This document shows positions 26,482-33,098 of a stretch of DNA of 33,098 nucleotides, one piece after another. This DNA comes from Actinomycetes bacterium. GTDB lineage: Bacteria; Actinomycetota; Humimicrobiia; Humimicrobiales; Humimicrobiaceae. A program made the translations under genes and the position numbers. Positions within the stretch are counted from its first letter, which is position 1. Each line of letters starts with the position of its first letter. Under the pieces are notes generated by a model. The model had not been told where the DNA came from and did no database searches. It saw nothing but the letters and a program-made list of their open reading frames with translations. The DNA is taken from NCBI GenBank assembly GCA_030603375.1, contig JAUVXY010000001.1, positions 1 to 33,098 on the forward strand, read 5' to 3'.

Positions 26482-27522
26482 ATGATTTCAAGCACAGGAA
26501 ACAAAATTAAAATGAGTATTTCAATTTTGGTTATACTCATAGCAGTAATAACACTGCCCATTAGTTTAGCAGCGTGCCAGAAAGATGTAGTTTTAAAAGA
26601 GATATCTGACAAAGAAGAACTCCAAAAAATTACAGTAGTTCTGGATTGGGTACCAAACACTAACCATACTGGTGTATATGTTGCCAGAGAAAATGGATAT
26701 TACTATGATGAAGGGCTGGAAGTAGAAATCATTCAGCCTTCTGAAGGTGGGAGTGCCGATTTAATTGCAGCAGGCAAAGGTGAATTTGGGTTTAGCTACC
26801 AGGAACAGGTAACTTATGCTAGAACAGCTAAAAATCCACTGCCAGTGGTAGCCATAGCAGCAATAATACATCACAATACTTCAGGATTTGCATCACCACA
26901 AGAAAAAAATATCAAAACCCCTGCCGACTTTGAAGGAAAAAAATATGGCGGATGGGGTTCTCCAATGGAAGAAGCAATGCTTAAAGGATTGATGGAAAAA
27001 TATGGTGCTGATTACTCAAAACTTGAAATAGTAAATATCGGAGCTTCTGATTTCTTTACAAGTGTAACCAAAGATGTTGATTTCGCCTGGATTTACTATG
27101 GCTGGGACGGAGTTAAAGCAGAGCTTGAAAATTTTCCCATTAATTTTATGCTGCTGCAGGATTTGGATCCCCGTCTTGATTCCTATACTCCAGTAATAAT
27201 AGCAAGTGAACAAACAATAAAAGATAAACCAGATTTAATTAAAAAATTCTTAAGGACTACTGAAAAGGGATATCAATTTGCTATTAAAAATCCTGAAAAG
27301 GCAGCAGGAATACTGCTGGCTGATGTTAGTGAACTTGATAGAGAAATGGTAATTGCCAGTCAAAAATATCTATCGGACCAATACATCAGCGATGCTTCTA
27401 AATGGGGAATAATGAAAAAAGAAATTTGGGATCAATATGGCAACTGGATGTATGAAAATAACCTGCTTTACAATAGTTTTGAATCAGAAAAAGCATTTAC
27501 AAATGAATTTTTACCGGAATAG
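26482..27522 (+). CDS. ABC substrate-binding lipoprotein, NMT1/THI5-like (ThiY-like, pyrimidine-precursor binding)
   Basis: Signal peptide with the lipobox ISLAAC. LDWVPNTNHTGVYVA is typical of NMT1/THI5-like binding proteins. The ATG at 26482 (GGAG 8 nt upstream) is preferred over the track's TTG at 26443. Confidence 0.8.
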   Translation: MISSTGNKIKMSISILVILIAVITLPISLAACQKDVVLKEISDKEELQKITVVLDWVPNTNHTGVYVARENGYYYDEGLEVEIIQPSEGGSADLIAAGKGEFGFSYQEQVTYARTAKNPLPVVAIAAIIHHNTSGFASPQEKNIKTPADFEGKKYGGWGSPMEEAMLKGLMEKYGADYSKLEIVNIGASDFFTSVTKDVDFAWIYYGWDGVKAELENFPINFMLLQDLDPRLDSYTPVIIASEQTIKDKPDLIKKFLRTTEKGYQFAIKNPEKAAGILLADVSELDREMVIASQKYLSDQYISDASKWGIMKKEIWDQYGNWMYENNLLYNSFESEKAFTNEFLPE

Positions 27523-27571
27523 AAGCTAATATAAACAAATATAACATATAGTTTATTTTAATTTTGATAAT

Positions 27572-28318
27572 ATGACCAAAAGTAATATATTAATAGAAGT
27601 AATAAACATAAAGAAAAGTTTCGGAAGTCTTCATACCCTTGAGGATATATCGCTTAAACTCGAAAAAAACCAATTTGTTTCAATTTTGGGCCCCAGTGGG
27701 TGTGGGAAAAGCACCCTGTTTGATATTATTTCTGGACTGGAATTGCCTGACAGTGGCAAAATTCTTATCAATGGTAAAAACTATAATGGCAAAACAGGAA
27801 GAGTTAGCTATATGCATCAAAAAGATCTCATGTTCCCATGGAATAATGTTATTAATAATGTATGCCTTCCCATGTTTATAAAAGGGGAAAATAGGAAAAA
27901 GTCATATATTAAGGCAAAAAAATATTTCCCTGATTTCGGACTTAAAGGATTTGAGAATAACTATCCCAATCAGCTTTCCGGTGGTATGCGTCAGAGAGCA
28001 GCTCTTCTGAGAACTTATTTGTTTGCCAATGATATAATGTTGCTGGATGAGCCATTTGGTAATCTTGACGCAATAACCAGAAGGAAAATGCAGCTATGGC
28101 TGCTGGGAATCTGGGATAGAATGAATGCTTCGGTATTATTTGTTACGCATGATATTGATGAGGCAATATTTCTTTCTGATAAAATTTATCTTTTATCCAG
28201 AAGACCTGCGGTCGTCAGGGAAATATTTAATATGGATATTGAAAGACCGCGTGATAATAAGACGCTTACATCAATGAAGTTTAATAAGTTAAAAGAAAAA
28301 ATAATCACTCTTCTATAA
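27572..28318 (+). CDS. ABC transporter ATP-binding protein (ThiZ-like)
   Basis: 248 aa. Walker A GPSGCGKST, signature LSGGMRQR, Walker B LLDEPF, and an H-loop VTHD. Confidence 0.88.
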   Translation: MTKSNILIEVINIKKSFGSLHTLEDISLKLEKNQFVSILGPSGCGKSTLFDIISGLELPDSGKILINGKNYNGKTGRVSYMHQKDLMFPWNNVINNVCLPMFIKGENRKKSYIKAKKYFPDFGLKGFENNYPNQLSGGMRQRAALLRTYLFANDIMLLDEPFGNLDAITRRKMQLWLLGIWDRMNASVLFVTHDIDEAIFLSDKIYLLSRRPAVVREIFNMDIERPRDNKTLTSMKFNKLKEKIITLL

Positions 28319-28335
28319 ATAATGAAAGGAAAAAG

Positions 28336-28608
28336 ATGATTGCAATACAGGTAAGTTTTTATCCTATCGGGGAAAAAGATATTGAAAAGCCGCTTAACAC
28401 TTTTTGGGGAGTTTTAAAAAGTGAAAATATAAATTACAAAATTACTCCACTTAGCACTATATTATGGGATAATGATGAAGATAAACTTTACAATATCATA
28501 TATAAGGCTTACAAAAAAGCAAGGGAAAATGGGCCAGCGGTAATGATTACTACGCTAACCACTGGAGATAAGAATAGAATAAATGAACTTCTTGGCTTTT
28601 TAAAATAA
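28336..28608 (+). CDS. MTH1187/YkoF-like small thiamine-binding family protein
   Basis: 90 aa. The N-terminus MIAIQVSFYPIG is characteristic of the MTH1187 (DUF77) fold. It is the last gene of a TPP-regulated operon. Confidence 0.7.
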   Translation: MIAIQVSFYPIGEKDIEKPLNTFWGVLKSENINYKITPLSTILWDNDEDKLYNIIYKAYKKARENGPAVMITTLTTGDKNRINELLGFLK

Positions 28609-28630
28609 AAGTAATTTATACTTTTATTTT
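28602..28630. terminator. AT-rich 11-bp inverted repeat between convergent genes (weak bidirectional terminator candidate)
   Basis: aaaataaaagt (28602-28612), loop aatttat, then acttttatttt (28620-28630). It overlaps both stop codons. There is only one G-C pair, so predicted stability is low. Confidence 0.3.
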
Positions 28631-29745
28631 AAGTTCTCAGGATTTAAAGCTTCCAATTCTCTTGTAACAAACCGTCCATCTTTCCTTATCAGGACATCGT
28701 CGAAGTATATTTCCCCGCCGCCGTACTTTGGTGTTTGTATGCATACCATATCCCAGTGTATGCCGGACTTATTGCCATTTGACGCTTCCTTGTAACATTT
28801 TCCGGGAGTAAGATGAAAGCTTCCCATTATTTTTTCATCAAACAATATATCCTTCATTGGATTTAGTATAAATGGGTTAACTCCTATGGAAAATTCTCCT
28901 GTATATCTTGCTCCTCTATCAGTATCAAGCACCTTGTTAATTCTTTCCGTATTATTAGATGCAGCATTTATAATTTTTCCATTTTTAAACACAAGGCTTA
29001 TGTTCTCATAGGTGACCCCTTCAAAAATGCTTGGACAATTAAATGTTACCCGACCATTTAAAGATTTTTTTACTGGCGCCGTAAAAACTTCACCATCCGG
29101 TATATTATATTCTCCCGCGCATTTTACAGCAGGGATGCCTTTAATTGAAAAGGTTAAATCGGTGCCCGGACCCTTTATATATACTTTATCTGTTCTTTCC
29201 ATCAATTTTACTAAATTATCCATAGCCTTTGACATCTTATCATAATCCAGATTGCATACATCAAAATAAAAATCCTCAAATGCTTCCAGGCTTAAATTTG
29301 CAAGCTGGGCCATGGCATTATTAGGGTATCTGAGTACTACCCATTTGGTATTATCAACTCTTTCACTGTTAACCACCTCAGAAAAATGTTTTGTATAAAT
29401 AGACATTTTTTCAGATGGTACATCGCTCATTTCACTTACATTGTCGCTTGCCCTGACTCCTATATAAGCATCAATGCCTTTTATGCGCGCCAGTTCACAT
29501 TTAGCCATAAATTTCAACTGCTCTGTGCTGCATTCCTTTAAGAGCTCTCTTGAAATACTGCTATCTTTTAATGTCACAAGCGGCTCTCCTTTTACCTTGT
29601 ATGTTTCTTTTATAAGTTCTTTTACAAGCGGGTATGCAGTATTACCAACACAATCAATTAAAACTTTTTCTCCCTTTTTGATTTTACATGAACAATTCAC
29701 CAGATTTTGGGCTAATTTTTTTATCCTTGGGTCCATCTTTATCAT
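28624..29745 (-). CDS. aminopeptidase, M29 (AmpS/PepS) family
   Basis: 373 aa. The overall pattern (KLAQNLVNCS...GEKVLI; EGVTYENISLVFKNGKI; GEFSIGVNP; GSFHLTPG) matches thermophilic M29 metalloaminopeptidases. Confidence 0.82.
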   Translation of the reverse strand: MIKMDPRIKKLAQNLVNCSCKIKKGEKVLIDCVGNTAYPLVKELIKETYKVKGEPLVTLKDSSISRELLKECSTEQLKFMAKCELARIKGIDAYIGVRASDNVSEMSDVPSEKMSIYTKHFSEVVNSERVDNTKWVVLRYPNNAMAQLANLSLEAFEDFYFDVCNLDYDKMSKAMDNLVKLMERTDKVYIKGPGTDLTFSIKGIPAVKCAGEYNIPDGEVFTAPVKKSLNGRVTFNCPSIFEGVTYENISLVFKNGKIINAASNNTERINKVLDTDRGARYTGEFSIGVNPFILNPMKDILFDEKIMGSFHLTPGKCYKEASNGNKSGIHWDMVCIQTPKYGGGEIYFDDVLIRKDGRFVTRELEALNPENLK

Positions 29746-29781
29746 CTCCTAAATTCTTTGGTACTTATTTTTTCAAAATAG

Positions 29782-31959
29782 TTATATTTTCTTAATAGGT
29801 GCGAAGCTAACAAGTAAGTGCTTAAGGCCCCTGCTGTCAAAAATAACATCCAGTTCACAGTCATCCTTTAGTTTTTTTACTTTTATAACCTTTCCGCGTC
29901 CCCACATCTTATGTTCTATTAAATCTCCCTTACTGTACAATTTAACTTCTTTACGTGCTTTTTTATCAGCCGAATAGTCTTTTTTACCTTGTTTTTCACT
30001 TTCAATCTTATTTTCATCCAGAAGAAGCTTATCCGGGATCTCTTTTATAAACCTTGAAACAGGCATGCATTTTGTATCACCATATATGCTTCTGGATAAT
30101 GCTGAAGTTAGAAATACTTTCTCTTTGGCCCTTGTGATGCCCACATAACAAAGTCTTCTTTCTTCCTCTAATCCTTCTATGCTGTTCATGCTTCTTAAAT
30201 GCGGGAATATTCTTTCTTCCATGCCTATCATAAATACAACTGGAAATTCCAGCCCTTTAGCATTATGAAGAGTCATAAGAATAAGTCCGTCTGTAGATTC
30301 ATTGTAAGCATCAATATCAGCTATAAGCGCCACTTCCTCTAAAAATCCATCTAATTTAGTTAAGCTGCCACTGTCAGAATCTTCATTTAAAAATGCTTCA
30401 TACTCATATTCCCTGGTCACAGTTAGCAACTCTTTTAAGTTCTCAATTCTATTAATGGCTTCCACCGTATTCTCAAGCCTGAGCTCTCTCATATAATTTG
30501 TTTTTTCATATACATATTTTAGTACCTCATCCACTCCATGCTCTAAGGCATAGTTTCTAAATGCAGAAATCATATCTGCAAACTCCCTTACCCTTTTCTT
30601 TGCCTTATCACCAAGTACAGGGATTTCTTCGCATCTATAGAAAGCTTCGCAAAATGTAATTCTATTTTTCTGTGCAAATCTTTCTATTACAGATATGGTT
30701 TTTTTACCAATTTTTCTTCTTGGCACATTTACAATTCTCATCAAGCTTATCACATCTTTAGGATTAGAAATTAGCTTCAGATATGCCAGCATATCTTTTA
30801 TCTCTTTTCTGTCGTAGAAACGCAAACCTCCAACTATCTTATAAGGGATGTTTTCCCTTATAAGAAATTCCTCCACCACTCTTGATTGGGCATTGGTTCT
30901 GTAGAAGATAGCAAAATCTTTGTATTTCTTTTTTTTGTCTTTCACAATCTTTCTTACTTTTTGCACTAAAAATCTCACTTCATCTCTCTCGTCAGAGGCT
31001 AAGTATTTAGTAATCAACTCTCCCTTAGGATTGTCGGTCCACAGCTTCTTTTGCTTTCTACTTTCATTATTGCTGATAAGAAAATTAGCAGCATCAAGGA
31101 TATTTTGTGTAGAACGATAGTTCTGCTCAAGTTTTATAACACCAACTTCATTAAATTTTTTATCAAAATTTATTATATTTTTAATCTCGGCACCTCTCCA
31201 GCTATATATGCTATGACCGTCATCTCCAACCACACAAATCTTTTTTTGTTGTTCAGACAACATTAGAATAATCTCCTTTTGAGCAATATTTGTATCCTGA
31301 AACTCATCTACTAGAATATACTTAAACTTATTCTGATACTTTTCCCTGACATTCGGAAACAACTTAAAAAGATTGACTGTAAACATTAAAAGGTCGTCAA
31401 AATCAAGAGCATTTGCTTTAAATAATTTTTCCTGATACAGAGGATAAACCTGCGCCACTATCTTTTCAAAATATTCTTTGGCTTTTTTTGAAAAAGATTC
31501 ATAATCCATTAGTCTATTTTTAGCATCACTGATTACTGCTTGAATTATCTTTGGAGTGAAACGCTTGCTGTCCAGATCCAGCTCCTTCAGACATTTTGTT
31601 ATAAGGCTTAACTGATCATTGGAATCATAAATAACAAAATTTCGCGACATGCCTAAATGATTAATTTCATGCCTTAATATTCTTGCACAAAATGAATGAA
31701 AGGTACTGATCCACATCAGCTCGCCTACCTTTCCAACCAGGTCTATTACTCTCCTTTTCATTTCGTTGGCAGCTTTATTTGTGAAAGTAATGGCAAGAAT
31801 ATCAAAAGGGTCAACTTTTTTCTCCTTTACAAGATAAGCTATCCTGTAAGTTAGCACTCTGGTTTTCCCGCTACCTGCACCTGCAATAACAAGAAGTGGA
31901 TTTTCTGTATTTTTAACAGCCTTAATTTGCTGGGGATTTAAATATTTGTTTAATTCCAA
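29782..31959 (-). CDS. pcrA: ATP-dependent DNA helicase PcrA/UvrD (SF1)
   Basis: 725 aa. Motif I AGAGSGKTRVL, motif II VDEFQDTN, the series TFHS...QNYRST...VGITRAKE, and a C-terminal Tudor-like tail. Confidence 0.92.
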   Translation of the reverse strand: MELNKYLNPQQIKAVKNTENPLLVIAGAGSGKTRVLTYRIAYLVKEKKVDPFDILAITFTNKAANEMKRRVIDLVGKVGELMWISTFHSFCARILRHEINHLGMSRNFVIYDSNDQLSLITKCLKELDLDSKRFTPKIIQAVISDAKNRLMDYESFSKKAKEYFEKIVAQVYPLYQEKLFKANALDFDDLLMFTVNLFKLFPNVREKYQNKFKYILVDEFQDTNIAQKEIILMLSEQQKKICVVGDDGHSIYSWRGAEIKNIINFDKKFNEVGVIKLEQNYRSTQNILDAANFLISNNESRKQKKLWTDNPKGELITKYLASDERDEVRFLVQKVRKIVKDKKKKYKDFAIFYRTNAQSRVVEEFLIRENIPYKIVGGLRFYDRKEIKDMLAYLKLISNPKDVISLMRIVNVPRRKIGKKTISVIERFAQKNRITFCEAFYRCEEIPVLGDKAKKRVREFADMISAFRNYALEHGVDEVLKYVYEKTNYMRELRLENTVEAINRIENLKELLTVTREYEYEAFLNEDSDSGSLTKLDGFLEEVALIADIDAYNESTDGLILMTLHNAKGLEFPVVFMIGMEERIFPHLRSMNSIEGLEEERRLCYVGITRAKEKVFLTSALSRSIYGDTKCMPVSRFIKEIPDKLLLDENKIESEKQGKKDYSADKKARKEVKLYSKGDLIEHKMWGRGKVIKVKKLKDDCELDVIFDSRGLKHLLVSFAPIKKI

Positions 31960-31970
31960 TTGTGCACCAA

Positions 31971-32783
31971 TTATCTAATTTTCTTTCCAAAAACTTTTGA
32001 AATTTTATTTATCTGGTGCAGCATCTCTGATGTTTGTTTTGGATCCAAAGCCTGCTGCCCGTCACAAAGAGCCTCAGAAGGATTATGATGTATTTCTACT
32101 ATCAACCCATCTGCTCCCACCGCTATAGCTGCTCTGCACATTGGAATGACCAGATCACTCTGGCCAGTAGCATGCGATGGGTCAATAATTATTGGAAGCT
32201 TGCTTAATTTTTTTATCACAGGTACCGCTGATAAATCTAATGTAAATCTAGTATAAGTCTCAAAAGTTCTTATGCCTCTCTCGCATAAAACTACTTCGCA
32301 GCCACCTCTTGACGTTACATATTCAGCTGACAGGAGCCATTCCTTAATAGTTGAGGCCCATCCCCTTTTGAGTATAACCTTCTTATTTTTCTCATGCGCC
32401 ACTTTACCAACTTTTTTAAGCAATGCAAAATTAGACATATTTCTTGTCCCAATTTGAAGAACATCAGTGTATTTTGCTATTTCATCTACTTTCTCCGCAT
32501 CTGTAACTTCTGTCACTGTCCGGAGATTGTACTTGCTGCCAATCTCTTTTAAATACTCCAAACCTTCATGCTCCAGTCCCTGAAAGCTGTATGGAGAAGT
32601 CCTTGGTTTATATGCTCCGCCCCTGAGAAATGAAAGTCCGCATTCTTTCACTTTTTTAGCAATAATATCAAGCTGCTTCAAGCTCTCAATGGCACATGGG
32701 CCGGCAATTATTGTGATGCAGCCATCCTCTATTAACTTTATGTCCTTGCTTTCCCTGTTATTTGTTAAGTTATCTTTTTTCAA
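31971..32783 (-). CDS. aroF: 3-deoxy-7-phosphoheptulonate (DAHP) synthase, type I-beta
   Basis: 270 aa. Motifs IIAGPCAIES, LRGGAYKPRTSPYSFQGL, DPSHATG and LIVEIHHNP. TTG start. Confidence 0.85.
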   Translation of the reverse strand: MKKDNLTNNRESKDIKLIEDGCITIIAGPCAIESLKQLDIIAKKVKECGLSFLRGGAYKPRTSPYSFQGLEHEGLEYLKEIGSKYNLRTVTEVTDAEKVDEIAKYTDVLQIGTRNMSNFALLKKVGKVAHEKNKKVILKRGWASTIKEWLLSAEYVTSRGGCEVVLCERGIRTFETYTRFTLDLSAVPVIKKLSKLPIIIDPSHATGQSDLVIPMCRAAIAVGADGLIVEIHHNPSEALCDGQQALDPKQTSEMLHQINKISKVFGKKIR

Positions 32784-32855
32784 TTTATTTCCTAACCTGC
32801 AAACGCAATTTTTTGATAGTTCCCTTTATATTATAAATTTAAGTACCACAGTATA

Positions 32856-33098
32856 TTATAGATTTTCATCTTTTTCCAATATCTGTACATTCCTTAATAT
32901 GCATTCAAAAATCTGGATTATATTATCATTATAGAGCGGGCCCTTGTTATATTTAGCTATGTTTTCCATTAATTTTTCTTCCCTTCTTGCATTATACAAA
33001 GGTACTCCCTTTTTAACCTTCATTTTTTTTATTTCCGACACAATTTTTGCTCTCTTATTAAGAAAATCAACTATACTTCTGTCAATCTTATCAATTTC
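32856..33098 (-). CDS. chorismate mutase (AroQ type), 5'-truncated by the right window edge
   Basis: The frame is open from 33098: EIDKIDRSIVDFLNKRAKIVSEIKKMKVKKGVPLYNARREEKLMENI...IFECIL. This is the typical CM_2 helix pattern IDxIDxxIVxLLxxR...R. Confidence 0.8.
   Translation of the reverse strand, partial: EIDKIDRSIVDFLNKRAKIVSEIKKMKVKKGVPLYNARREEKLMENIAKYNKGPLYNDNIIQIFECILRNVQILEKDENL

Overview
This is an AT-rich bacterial chromosomal segment of 33.1 kb with about 32 protein genes, one tRNA and one riboswitch. Most of it is core housekeeping in a Firmicutes/Clostridia-like order, all on the minus strand: sigA-dnaG, ppdK, glyS-glyQ, recO, deoC, GNAT, ybeY-pgpH-phoH, HIT, mtaB-rsmE, dnaJ-hrcA. 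A divergent plus-strand operon follows, controlled by a TPP riboswitch (thiN, thiXYZ-like ABC importer, MTH1187/YkoF-like protein). After it come M29 aminopeptidase, pcrA, aroF and a 5'-truncated chorismate mutase, again on the minus strand. Only the left 4.3 kb, next to the 3' end of tRNA-Asn, looks accessory. It holds a class II Fic protein with a C-terminal wHTH, a xylose-isomerase-like TIM-barrel protein, two small poorly characterised proteins, a truncated unknown ORF, and unusually long spacers with repeats and a relatively GC-rich structured segment. The most notable single observation is that glyQ is intact except for one in-frame TGA lying exactly on the conserved Cys of the N-terminal QGC motif. 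This could be a selenocysteine or recoding candidate, a sequencing error, or a nonsense mutation. I see no CRISPR array, transposase, integrase or recognisable defence system, and the evidence for a genuinely new system in this window is modest.
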